Of a DNA stretch of 64,000 nt, positions 9,330 through 20,919 are shown one piece after another. Both the position numbers and the translations under genes were made by a program. The notes beneath the pieces were generated by a model. It saw only the letters and a list, made by a program, of their open reading frames with translations, searched no databases and was not told the origin of the DNA. How positions within the stretch are numbered: the stretch's first letter is position 1; each line of letters opens with the position of its first letter. Location: contig NW_015164189.1 of assembly GCF_001447785.1 (NCBI RefSeq), forward strand, positions 191,391-255,390. Reading direction: 5' to 3'. This stretch comes from Gekko japonicus (lineage: Eukaryota).

Positions 9330-10960
9330 GCATTTGGAAAGAAGAGAGCCCGCTGAGCTGGAGAAAGTGCAGAAGAGGGCAACCACAATGACTGAGGGGC
9401 TGGGGTACCTTTCCTATGAGGAGAGGCTAAAGAGACTGTGGCTTTTCAGTTCAGGCAGAAAAGGTGGCCGAGAAGGGGACGTGACAGAGGCCTACAAAAT
9501 TATGCACAGGGGAGAGAGTGGATGGAGAGAGGGGTTCTTTGAAGGGGTGAACAAACATGTGGACAAGGGGGATCCAATAGATATTGTTTACCTTGACTTC
9601 CAGAAGGCTTTTGATAAAGTTCCTCATCAAAGGCTCCTAAGTAAGCTCAAAAATCATGGGATAAAAGGACAAGTCCTTTTATGGATCAAAAACTGGCTAA
9701 TTAATAGAAAACAGAGAGTGAGTATAAATGGGCAGTTCTCCCAGTGGAGGGGGGTAAGCAGTGGGGTACCACAGGGATCAGTACTTGGTCCACTGCTTTT
9801 TAACTTGTTCATTAATGATTTGGAGTTGGGAGTAAGCAGTGAAGTGGCTAAATCTGCGGATGATACGAAGTTGTTCAGGGTGGTGAAAACCAGTGAGGAT
9901 TGTGAGGCACTCCAAAGGGATCTGTCAAAGATGGGCGAGTGGGCGTCAACATGGCAAATGGGGTTCAATGTGGCCAAGTGCAAGGTGATGCACATTGGAG
10001 CCAAAAATCCTAAATATAAATACACGTTGATGGGGTCTGAACTGGCAGAGACTGATCAAGAGAGAGATCTTGGAGTTGTAGTAGATAACTCACTGAAAAT
10101 GTCGAGACAGTGTGTGACTGCAATAAAGAAGGCCAATGCTATGCTGGGGATTATTAGGAAGGGTATTGAAAACAGATCAGCCAATATAATAATGCCCCTA
10201 TATAAATCAATGGTGAGACCTCATTTGGAATACTGTGTGCAGTTCTGGGCACCACACCTTAAAAAGGATATTATAGCTTTGGAAAAAGTGCAGAAAAGGG
10301 CAACTCGAATGATAAAAGGGTTGGAACACTTTCCCTATGAGGAAAGGTTAAGGCGCTTAGGGCTCTTTAGCTTGGAGAAACGACGACTGAGGGGTGACAT
10401 GATTGAGGTTTATAAGATTATGCATGGGAAAGAGCAGGTAGAGAAAGAGGTACTTTTCTCCCTTTCTCACAATACAAGAACCCGTGGGCACTCCATGAAA
10501 TTGCTGAGCGGTCGGGTTAGAACGGATAAAAGGAAGTACTTCTTCACCCAAAGAGTGATTAACACATGGAATTCACTGCCACAGGAAGTGGTGGGTGCTA
10601 CAAGCATGGACGGCTTCAAAAGGGAATTAGATAAGCATATGGAGCAGAGGTCCATCAGTGGCTATTAGCCACAAGGTATAGCTAGGGGCTCTGGGGCAAG
10701 TGATGCTCTGTCTTCTTGGTGCTTGGGGGGGGTCAACAGTGGGAGGGCTTCTAATGTCCTGGCCCCACTGCTGGACCTTTTCCCCCTCTCCCTAGATACT
10801 AGAGCTTGGGAGAATCCAAGAACATTGATTCAAGCTGGACAACAGGAGTGATTTTTCAAAAATTGGAGCACACTGCCAGAGGATGTCATGATGGCTACAG
10901 ACATAGATGGCTTTAAGAGGGGATCGGACGAATTCAAGAGGTCCATCAGTGGCACTGGCT
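9330..10960 (+). mobile_element. Older CR1 fragment, split by a younger CR1 (old parts ~9330-9533 and ~10779-10960)
   Basis: LEKVQKRAT...YEERLK...YKIMH before the break; tttccccctctcc...ctgccagaggatgt...gatggctttaagagggg after it. Confidence 0.8.
9534..10778 (+). mobile_element. Young CR1 LINE: open ORF2 RT/C-terminal region to TAG at 10668, plus partial 3'UTR
   Basis: VYLDFQKAFDKVPH, SGVPQGSVLGP, (F>S)ADD, ERDLGV, RPHLEYCVQFW, RRLRGDMIEVYK motifs; no stops over ~375 codons. Confidence 0.95.
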
Positions 10961-11328
10961 ACAACGCAAAAAAAGGAACCAGGGAGCTCAGGGTAGCATG
11001 CACAGTTCTCCCTTTGTCTGTTCAGTCCTTACGACTACGCTTTGAGGCCGGTCGGGCCAAGATTGAATGATGGATCCCAGGCTCTCCCGCAGGCTTCCTG
11101 GCAATGTTGGATTTGGCTGCCACTGGGAACATTACCGCAGGCTCCTTTGTCCAGGCGAGGGATTCCTACAAGGCCGAAGGGTTGAAAACCACTGGCTGAA
11201 TGTTACTGCTGGCTCTCTGAGACTTGCATGTTTTGCACAGCGCCTAGCCCGGCATGGATATTATTTTGCTCATCACTTAGGAAAGGGATGGTAGCTCTCT
11301 GAAATCCGTGCCTCTCTTTCACTTCCAG

Positions 11329-11528
11329 GAAGAGTGCAGCTGGTTACCAACTCACCGGCCTCTTTGTCGGCTCGGAGGGGACCCTGGGTCTGATCACCCA
11401 GGCCACCCTACGCCTCCACGGCATCCCCGAAGCCACAGCGGCAGCCACCTGTGCCTTTCCAAGTGTGCAAGCTGCCGTGGACAGCACCGTGCAGGTTCTG
11501 CAAGCTGGGATTCCCATTGCTCGCATTG
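11329..11528 (+). CDS. LDHD: LDHD exon 6 ([29 protein letters not shown]...IPIARI)
   Basis: ttccag| acceptor, |gtaaga donor, 200 nt; GSEGTLG motif. Confidence 0.96.
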
Positions 11529-11976
11529 GTAAGACCGGGGAGCTGTCAAGGGGAGCTGAGAGGGTGGGGGTGCGGCAAGGAAAAAGTGAAGCAGATTGCG
11601 TGCTCAGCAGGCTAAAAAACCTGGGATGCCTCTTCCCTTTTGCCTCGCTGTCTCACAGCAGAGCTACCAAGAGGCCTCGTTATCAGGCCGTCATTTAGCG
11701 TTCTGAACTCTGGAATCACCTTTGGAGTTTCACAGAACTTTGGGGCTCTGAGCCAACCAATCCAAATCGGTACCAAACAGCCGTGATCTTCAGCCTTTCT
11801 AGACCCCAGACCTTACTCTTTTAACCTACATGTGGCAGCAGGGGGTGCTACAGTCATGTGACAGGAAGAGGAGGAGCCAGAGTAGTTATGAAGAAAATGT
11901 CCAGGCCATCACTCTGGGGAACCTAAGGTCATAACCTTCCTGCTGGTGAGGGATAACGGACTCAATACTGCAGGGA

Positions 11977-12173
11977 TAGTGTTGCCAGCTCCAGGTTGGG
12001 AAATACCTGGATATTTGGGGGGGCGGAGCCTGAGGAGGGTGGGGTTCGGGGTACAGTCCCAGAGTCCAACCTCCAAAGTGGCCATTTTCTCCAGGTGAAC
12101 TGGTCTCTGTCACCTGGAAATCAGTTGTAATAGTGGGAGATCTCCAACTACCACTTGGAGGTTGGCAACCCTA
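11977..12173. mobile_element. hAT-like MITE with TAGGGTTGCCA-type TIRs
   Basis: tagtgttgccagctccagg ... ggttggcaacccta; relatives at ~56163-56285, 56709-56940 and 61780-61950. Confidence 0.7.
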
Positions 12174-12377
12174 CACAAGGATGTATGGAGCACTGGAGGA
12201 CTGATGACTGAGAAAGGCTGGGCTATGGTTGGTGAGTGGAGGAGAGAATGCAGAGGAGAGGAGGGTGCCTCTGAGCCTACCTGGGCTATAATGGAGGAGT
12301 CTTCTTTGAGATCAAGTGGCCTCGTTTTGCTATCCTGTTGCTCCTCTGTGTGTGTGTGCCAATAGAGGAAGCAGGAA

Positions 12378-12396
12378 NNNNNNNNNNNNNNNNNNN
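12378..12396. other. Assembly gap (further gaps at 13532-13545 and 58724-58787)
   Basis: Runs of N. Confidence 0.99.
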
Positions 12397-13745
12397 TGAA
12401 AAAAAAAGCCAGGCCATTTCCAAAAAACAACCCCCCCCCCCCATAGTATCCCTTTAGGGGCTTATGACCCAGTAGGTGGAGCTCCACAATTTAATTAAGG
12501 GTCCTGACTCTGAACCCATTGGTTGCAAAAAGCCCCCTTTGTAGAATGAATCTTCCTGCCAAGGCTTAGCCATCTCATCTGTACAGGCTAAAAACTAATT
12601 GCCATTGGTCAAGCTGCTGTTGCATCAGAGAATGCTCACCAACATTCTAATTTCTGACGGGAAGAAGGAAGCAAAACAAGAGGTGGCTTGGGTGGAATAA
12701 GCATCAGAGGGGGAGGACTATGTGCAGGCAGGACTGTGTGCTCTGGGGGTGCTTCTGTAGTAGTACTCATACCAGTGTGGTGTAGTGGTTAACAGCGTTG
12801 GACTAGTGTCTGGGAGACCAGCGTTCGAATCCCCACTTGTGCCGTGGAAGCTCCCGGGGTGACCTTGGGCCTGTCACACACTCTCATCCTAATCTACCTC
12901 AAAAGGTTGTTGTGAGGATAAAATGGAGGAGAGGAGAACGATGGAAGCCACTTTGGGTCCCCTTAGTTCATTTGTAGAAATGAACAAATAAAATGTATGT
13001 TTGTGAGCACTGTGAGAGCAGAACCAGAAGAGACGCTGAGAGTTCTGTTTATGGTGGTATCTGCTGCCACCAGGAAATTTTATGCTTTTACTTTTGCTTA
13101 CTGGTTTGGTAGACCGAGTTCAAGGCTCACGAGGAACTATGTGGTCCTGGGAAGTAGGTCATTCAGAGCTGGTATAAACTTTGATAAAAGAGGATTTATT
13201 GAAATAAATACTAAATAAGAGGGTGGTACAATGTAACTAGTAATGTGTAAATGATGAACAATTGCTTTGGTATCACACACAATCTTCTCCCTCACTGACA
13301 GGGATCTTTTCATGTAACTTTGTAACACTTGTTTATCTCAATGCCATATGTGTTCACTGTTTCTCTCCCATTTGTTATGACACTCAGACTTTCCTTTAAC
13401 TGTTGGTCACTTAAACTTTACTGTTTCCTATACATTCAACTTTCAGCTTTCTCTCTCTGTCTCACTGAACAACCGCAGCTGTCAGCTTATAACTGCTTCA
13501 ATATGCAGGCCTGCTCAAATCAGGGCAACAGNNNNNNNNNNNNNNGAAATAGGAGAATTAAGCCCCGCCCCCGTGCCATTTTCCTGGCCTGAATGCCCCC
13601 ATGAAACTGCAGGGTGCCCTGTTGGACAGATATACAGGTCTTGATATGCCCAGTGGTACAGATAGCTGTGTGAGGGGATATTTGTCAGGGAATTGGCATT
13701 GAGGGTGAGAGGGAAGTGCTAAAGACAGAAGCAGAGTCTTTAGGC

Positions 13746-14190
13746 CAGGGGGGTCAAACATGCGGCTCAGGGGTCAGATCAGGCCCCCGGAGGGCTTTCT
13801 ATCAGGCCTGCAGTGGAACTGGCTGTCTTCTGTCTGCTTCTTCTTCCAGTTCTGCTGCTGCTGCATCATTGTAGGTTTGCAGCTTACAGATACACACCTG
13901 GACAGCATACTCAAGATTGCAACAGCACAGACATTTTAATGCAATAATTCAGAGAAAGAGGTGTCAGTTATCCGACACTGTTAAATAAACAAAATATTGC
14001 AAGAGTGCTAATGTTTTTAAAGCGTGTTTTTATTTTAAGTTTAAAAAAAACCCCTTTCTGTTTGTGTCCTTTATAAAAAGTTTATATCTCCACTACTTGG
14101 CATTACCTTTTATGACACACGTGGCTCGGCCCAACAAGGTCTCATTTAGGTCAGATCCAGCCCTCAGAACAAACGAGTTCGACACCCCTG
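13746..14190. mobile_element. hAT-Charlie-type MITE with 8-bp TSD
   Basis: TIRs caggggggtcaaac / gttcgacacccctg; perfect TSD CTTTAGGC at 13738-13745 and 14191-14198. Confidence 0.92.
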
Positions 14191-14283
14191 CTTTAGGCAG
14201 TCGAATGCGATGAAACGTTTTGCTCGCTTTTTGTTCCACGTTCTGCCGAGTGATGCCCCCTCTTCCTGTTCCCGCTGCTCCAG

Positions 14284-14412
14284 AATTCCTAGACGAGGTC
14301 ATGATGGTTGCCTGCAACCGCTACAGCGGCCTCAGCTACCCGGAATTGCCCACCCTCTTCTTGGAATTCCACGGCAGCGAGCAAAGCGTAGAAGAGCAGG
14401 TGCAGGCGACAG
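14284..14412 (+). CDS. LDHD: LDHD exon 7 (EFLDEVMMVACNRYS...PTLFLEFHGS)
   Basis: ctccag| acceptor, |gtaagc donor, 129 nt. Confidence 0.95.
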
Positions 14413-14537
14413 GTAAGCCCTGTGGAGGAGGGCCACGGGCCCCAACAAGGCAGGGAACGTGGGTGCACACGCGGAAGCGACTGTACGACCAGCCGAGAGG
14501 GTGGCACTGCGGCTGTGACATAAGGCTTCCTCTGCAG

Positions 14538-14665
14538 GAGAGATTGCGCAGCTGAATGGCGGATCGGAGTTTTTGTGGGCCCGGGAGCAGGAAGCCCGGA
14601 ACCAGCTGTGGAATGCACGGCATAACGCCTGGTACGCCGCACTGGCCCTTCACCCTGGCAAGAAG
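14538..14665 (+). CDS. LDHD: LDHD exon 8 ([14 protein letters not shown]...[20 protein letters not shown])
   Basis: ctgcag| acceptor, |gtgagc donor, 128 nt; [11 protein letters not shown] motif. Confidence 0.95.
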
Positions 14666-14767
14666 GTGAGCGGGCGGGAGGTCTGGAGATATGCTCCACC
14701 TGCAGAATACATACATGAATCTGCCTTGTGCTGAATCAGACCATTTGTCTATCAAGATCAGTATTAT

Positions 14768-14970
14768 CGCCCTGACCTGGCGAGCCCAATCTTATCAGAT
14801 CTCGGAAGCTAAGCAGGGCCAGCCCTGGCAGGTCTTTGGATGGGAGACTTCCAAAGAACACCAGGGCCAGGAGGCAGAGGCAGGCTATCAAGCCACTTCT
14901 CTGAACGTTCTCCATGCCCCAGTAGGAGTCACCAGAGGTTGCCATGACTTCCAGGCATGGGCACGCACAC
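14768..14970 (+). mobile_element. 5S rRNA-derived SINE, nested in a tRNA-SINE
   Basis: agatctcggaagctaagcagggcc...tggatgggagac; host sequence (tcagtattatc / gcagtattatctactc) resumes at ~15002. Confidence 0.7.
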
Positions 14971-15375
14971 ACAAAAATGCAAAAATACCCCCCCAAAAAA
15001 GAGCAGTATTATCTACTCAGACTGACAGCAGCTCTCCAGAGTCACAAGTGGAGGTCTTTCAGGTCACTTACTACCCAATCCCTTTAATTGGAGATGTCAG
15101 GGATTGAACCGGGGATCTTCTGCATGCCAAGCAGAGGCTCTTCCACTGAACTGCAGCCTCTCCCATGTATCTGAGGAAGTGTGCTGCGATTCATGTAAGC
15201 CCATATTGAAACATATGATGTTAAGACTTTACGGTGCCATTGGACTTTCCTTTTGTTGTAGGGCTTGTCAGATGCTTAGTAAAATTACTGTTATTAAGGG
15301 CAAGCAGTGGTACATGGCTTGTAGACCGCTTCTCCCCACTCCCTTCAGTCTTCTATGCTTAGCCAGTTTGATACA

Positions 15376-15648
15376 GAGCCAGTTTGGTGTAGTGGTCAAG
15401 TGTGCGGACTCTAATCTGGGAGAACCAGGTTTGATCCCCCACTCCTCCACTTGCAGCTGCTGGAGGACCTTGGGCAAGCCATAGTTCTGTCAGAGCTGTT
15501 CTCTCAAGGACAGTTCTGGAAAGAACTCTCTCAGCCCCACCTACCTCACAGGGTGTCTGTTGTGGGGAGGGGAGGGGAAGGGAAAGGAGTTTGTAAGCCA
15601 CTCTGAGACTCTGAGTGAAGGGCGGGGTATAAATCCAATCTTCTCTTC
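15376..15648 (+). mobile_element. Squam3-like SINE (young, gecko-type)
   Basis: gagccagtttggtgtagtgg...ctcacagggtgtctgttgtggggagg...ggcggggtataaatccaatc + TTC tail. Confidence 0.85.
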
Positions 15649-15695
15649 AGCCCTGCAACTTGGCTCACTTACTTCAGTGCTAGGGCACTGCACAG

Positions 15696-15878
15696 GACCC
15701 ATAGCTTAGCGGTAAAAGCATCTGCTTTGCATGCATTAGGTCCCAGGTTCAGTTCCTGGCATCTTCAGATAAATGGGCCTGATAGCAGGTGATGTGAAAG
15801 ACCTCCACCTGAGACCTGGGAAACCAGACTGCCCTTGGTAGATCAGGGGTCTGACTCTGTATAAGGCAACTTTATGTG
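15696..15878 (+). mobile_element. tRNA-derived SINE (Squam2-like)
   Basis: A/B-box head (tagcttagcggta...ggttcagttcctggc), caggtgatgtgaaagacctc body; decayed copies at 15005-15157(-), 20030-20190(-) and a cluster at 50050-50835. Confidence 0.7.
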
Positions 15879-16172
15879 GGGTGTGTGTGTGTCCTCTTGC
15901 CCTTACCACACATAATAGACTGGATTGTGTAGATTAGTAGATGGCAAGTAGGTCAGTGAATCGTTTAGCCTTGGTGGCATAGCGTGGAGGGGTCTTTTTC
16001 CAGGGGGTGTCTTCTTGAAAGGGCCAGTAAGTATTTGAAGACACCCCCACCCCCAACTTCTACCTCCCTATTTGGATAGGCAAAAAAACTTGGTGATCTC
16101 ATGCTCTGGCAGGCTGAGGATATTTATGCTTCACCTTCTCTCTCTGTCTCTGCTCCCTCTCACCCCCCTTAG

Positions 16173-16263
16173 GGTTATTCCACTGATGTGTGCGTTCCCA
16201 TCTCTCGCCTCCCTGCTATTTTGGTGGAAACCAAGCAAGATCTCATCGCCTCCAGACTCACAG
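16173..16263 (+). CDS. LDHD: LDHD exon 9 ([30 protein letters not shown])
   Basis: cttag| acceptor, |gtaggg donor, 91 nt; TDVCVP motif. Confidence 0.95.
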
Positions 16264-16898
16264 GTAGGGAGCCTCTGTTGTTGGGAGGGAGATGAGGAGA
16301 GGTTCGCTTGTTCCCCGAGAGGCTGGAAGGAGGATTTGGCCACTTCTGACAATGTTTGGTCGCTCCTCCCATCCAGCAATGCTCAGGTATTACTTTGTTA
16401 TTTATTGGGTGGCAGAGAGATGGTAGGGGAGCCAAGCTAGTTCCAAAAAGCAAGCCAAGGGATCAGATTCCCAGTTGTTTTTGATCCTCATCTTATGCGC
16501 ATTTCCCTCACTCTCCGCTTTCCTTGGGAAAAAAACCCAGCCAGTTCTTTCTCTGTGGTCTCAGTGCATGCCCACCAATTGGGATTCTGTGGCAGTGTTC
16601 AGAGCTAAACTGGAGGGGAAAAATTCAACCTGCCCAAGTCGAGAGGGCGTTAAGGCACATGCCTTGAGGGGCGTGGCTTTCTGTACATACCTCTCTGGGA
16701 GGAAGGGAGGGGTAAGCAGCATGAGAATAAAATGTTTGCATAGTATTATTCTTTTTAGATCTTCATTATGCCCCAAGTGGGAGGAAGGGATCCATACTTG
16801 GTGTAAAAGTTCTTCCTCTGTGCAATATGTAACCGATCACTAAGGCTTATGTGGGACTAAGACTAGGGTGTAAATTCTTTACTGCCTTGTGCCTCTAG

Positions 16899-17010
16899 GC
16901 CCTATTGTCGGCCACGTTGGAGACGGTAACTTCCACTGCCTCTTGATTTTTGATCCTGAAGATCCAGGCGAAAGTGGGCGAGTGAAGGAATTTGCTATGC
17001 GGCTAGCCAG
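16899..17010 (+). CDS. LDHD: LDHD exon 10 ([15 protein letters not shown]...)
   Basis: ctctag| acceptor, |gtaggg donor, 112 nt; GHVGDGNFH metal-binding His motif. Confidence 0.96.
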
Positions 17011-17778
17011 GTAGGGTGTGACTCCCTCCCACGGCTGGGTCTGGGGGAGTGGCTAAGCTTTTCCCACTTGCCTGGGGAAGGTAAACTATGGTGGGCCCCT
17101 GCTTCCTAAGGAGAAGGAGCTCACAGCTTTCTGCTGTTAAGGACACATGCGGTGCGGGGTTGCTGGCCTTTAGGCCAGTGGAGGTCATATGGGGTTCACT
17201 GAAGCTGCTTCCATACGGACGTTTTTCTCCAACTTTGTTTCCTTAGAGTAGGTATGCCCTGTCATCCTCTAATTTCCCACTTTGCAGGTCTTCCCGACCC
17301 TGGCATGCTGTCTCTCAGACATACTTTACTTTGTTCATTTCCAAAGATAGCTCCCATTTTTCAAGGTCTCATCTCCATTGGCACCATTGGCCTTCAGTCA
17401 TTTCCCCACACCACCACTAGAGGGCTTTTAAAAAGTCAGTGATTGCTATAGCAGTACAGCAGTTGCTAGTTAAAACAACAAAAAACATCCTGTGGCACTG
17501 CAAGGAATCAGTGCCTCTCAATGCCTTGAGAGGGAGGAGAGCCTGGCAAACACACCTCTTCCCGCTGCTTCCAGCTGTGGCCAAGCAGGAGGGGAGACCC
17601 ACCCACGCAAGCAGAGCAGCAGGAAGAGCTGTCCACCCAGTCTCCTCTCCCCGGTCTTGTGCAGCGTGCTGCTTCAGCTCCTCCCTCCCCACCCAGCTTT
17701 GCTTCCCCTGCTGGACTCTCATTGGACTCTCGCTTTGAATCAGCCAGGCTCTCACGTTTTGCTTTTCTTCTCCCCTAG

Positions 17779-17944
17779 GCGTGCGTTGGCCATGGACGGC
17801 ACCTGTACAGGGGAACATGGCGTGGGCCTAGGCAAGCGGCAGCTTTTACGAGAGGAGGTCGGCGAGGTGGCCCTGTCCACCATGCGGCAGATCAAGGCCA
17901 CGCTGGACCCTAAGAACCTCATGAACCCTGGGAAGGTCTTGTGA
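17779..17944 (+). CDS. LDHD: LDHD exon 11, coding part ([20 protein letters not shown]...[13 protein letters not shown])
   Basis: ccctag| acceptor; GEHGVG catalytic motif; TGA at 17942-17944; spliced CDS sums to 1443 nt (480 aa). Confidence 0.96.
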
Positions 17945-18295
17945 CACCTCAGACTGGCTGCCTTGGCACTGTAGCTAAACACACACCATTCACCACACGT
18001 ACTCCCTTGACCCAAGGACGAATCTGCTGGCTCCTGCCTTGCGTTGTGTCTGCACTGCAAAATTAAACCATTTGGCTGCCTTACCTTTGCCTTCTCCCAA
18101 GAAATTGTGGTCAGTGTCATTCTTCCAGGGAGAGGACGACGACGACTCCAGTACTTTACTGCTGGCTGCCCCAGCTGTGTATACCAGTTTCCCCCTAAGG
18201 TTTTACCCGTAAATTGACCTTTGTCTGAGGATTGAACTGCCAGGACTCGGCTGACACCCTTCCATCATAACATCTGTACTGGTAGCTGGAATCAA

Positions 18296-18301
18296 AATAA
18301 A
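18296..18301 (+). terminator. LDHD polyadenylation signal AATAAA
   Basis: First canonical hexamer I found, ~350 nt after the stop codon. Confidence 0.65.
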
Positions 18302-20919
18302 GCTGCCTGTGTTATCTATTATGAACGCACAGGGGTGGAATCTTGGTGAAGCCTTCATGGCTATAAGTGCCTAACTGCATATTACATTGTTCCCGGGGGA
18401 TGTCCCCGGACTGGGTGGAGAGAAGAGGTTTGGCTCTTTCCCACACATACCATTTTCCTAACCTGAAATTTATCTCGTTCATTTATAACCTGCCTTTCTC
18501 CACAAAGGGGACCCAAAAGGGCTTTCGTCATTCTCCTCTCCTCCGTTTTATACTGGCAACAAACCTGTGAGGTAGGTTAGGCAGAGTGTGTGTGACTGGC
18601 CCAAGGTCACCCAGCGAGCTTCCATGGCACAAGCAGGGATTCAGACCTTGGTCTCCCGGATACCAGTCCAACACTCTTAAGGACTACACCCCCACTGACT
18701 CTCCGGGGTACATCAGTTGTCATGTTGGGGGCTGAGTGTGTACTGATGAGCTGCAAAGCAAACTGCTGCCTTCCCCACCATATCAGGGAACTGGCACAGG
18801 AAGGGGTGAGGTCTAAGCCCCCTCTCTCCATGCACTACAATCCTACATCTTCCCTTTGTGCCTGGGAAACTAGAACGCACCCCAACCCCTGAGGGTGTCC
18901 CTGGAGAAAACACAATGCATAGGTAAGATCCTTAGAAGCTGCCTCACTGTGGACAGACAGGCCAAAGAAAACACATTTGCTTCACGTACAGTAGTAGGAA
19001 GAAGAGTGGAAAACATAATCAGAAGTGCTTTCAGCTCAAGTGGTCCTTGATTTTACTCTCCCCTGAAAGCTTTCATCAAGCCTTTCTAAAGTGTGGAAGT
19101 AGCTGTCACTCCTTGCGAAGAGCGAGTGCACAAGGACACGGGCGCACCTGGGAGCAGGCTTATGGGTCTGCCTAGCTCACAAAGCAGTTCTCTTCCCTCA
19201 CCACCTACGCCAGCTTGCAGATCAGTGCTCTTCATCCACCCCACCCACTGGTTTGTCCATCTTCACGCATCTAGCCTTTTCAGAATGCCATGGGAAAAGC
19301 TAGCCAAAAACTATTGTATACATCCTGGCAGTAGAAAGTGCTGTCAAATCACAGAGTAATGGTGACACAGAGTATTTTTTGAGGCAACACAGGTGGTTTA
19401 CCATTGCCTGCCTCGCATAGCTACCCTGGTCTTCCTTGATGCTCTCCCATCCAGGTACTAACCAAGGCCAACCCTGCTTAGCTTCCAAGATCTGGTGAGA
19501 TCAGGCTAGCGTGGGCCGCCATCATCCTGGGCTGTACTAATCTATCCCAGTCTAAGTCAATTAGGACCACCTCCCTCACCTTCGGGGGGGGGGAGATGCC
19601 AAGTACAGGCTCATCGCTGCCAACACAAGATGCCATCATGGTGGGAGGCAGAGTCACACGGCCTTATGCACTGGAACACAAGTCCTAGGGATGCGCAGTG
19701 TACCTATGCACCCCAATCTATCTTTCTGGTCCTCCAGTGACCAGGGGAGATGGTTTTACTTTCAGCTGTGTCAGAAATTGCAGTTCTTTTGCTTTGTCTC
19801 ACAGAACATACTCTTGCTAAAATCCAAAGCCTTACTGTTTCTGCATCACCCCCTTTTCATGGGTTCAGTGCCTTGGTCAAGCATCAGAGGGACAAGTGGG
19901 AACTGTGACTGGATGGAGAGGGCTAGACTATGCTCTTAGTCAAGAAGGGGGTGACCCCATCAGAGTGGGGACTGTATGTAAACCCCCTTCTGCCTGTCCT
20001 AATGAGGGGGGCAGTAGGCAGACAATACCAAAGTCCACACTGTCTGCTCAGACTGGCAGTGGCTGTCCAGGATCTCAGGCTGAGGTCTTTCACATCACCT
20101 AGTACCTGATTGTTTTAACTGGAAATGTAAGGGTAGAACCTGGGACCTTCTGCATACCAAGCAGGTGCTCTACCGCTGACCCATGGCTCCTCCACAAATT
20201 GCGCCTTTGTGCAAAGGAGGACGACACTGACTCTCAAAGTCCCTGCTTAGCTGAGCTACACAGCATCTTAGCAAAGCACATCTTACAGTATTTCTTAAAG
20301 ATAGTCTGACTTTTTCTTTTTTTTAAAAAAACCCTCTTCTGAGTTAGGAAATCCCAAAGGGGGAGGAGCAACCATTCTAAGCCCACCCCTGCAATGTGTC
20401 TTGTGAAGGTGTTCAGACCTTGCAGGTAGCATTCAGACGGATGCTAAGCACTTTCTTCACAGCTCTTCATTCTTATGAAGGACATACCTTCTATGGGAAA
20501 ACACACCATCTGACCGGTTTCACACCTCAAGATCACCAGAGAGAAGCTCTGGTGTAGCTCATGATTCAGGGGATTGGGGGAGAGGAGGGAAGCACAGAAT
20601 GTGATACTGGTTTTGAAATTCCGTCACCTGACCACCTAGCCTGTGTTTTTTGCAGTGCATCAGTGCTATCCCCCCCCCCCAAGCACTACAGGACCCCCTT
20701 TTTTTGTAAGGGTAACTGACACACGGGAAACTCCTCCTGATTACATGCTGCTTTGCTGGAGCTCTCTAGAACCCTCAAATTCCAAGGCAACTTCCTGGCA
20801 GCCTTGCTGGCCCTGAAGTTCAGGCGTGAACCCTAGAGAAGAAAAAGTCTCGCAGAACACCTTGCCTGAACCCCCTGCCCGCCCCTTTCCCCAATCCCTC
20901 AGATGACCAAGACAGCCGA

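Noticed and set aside
9250-10668. 472-aa ORF as a host gene or an autonomous retroelement
   Set aside because: Chimera of two CR1 fragments; lacks the endonuclease and the N-terminal part of RT
15696-15768. tRNA gene
   Set aside because: Decayed tRNA-like head continuing into a SINE body, with no intact cloverleaf
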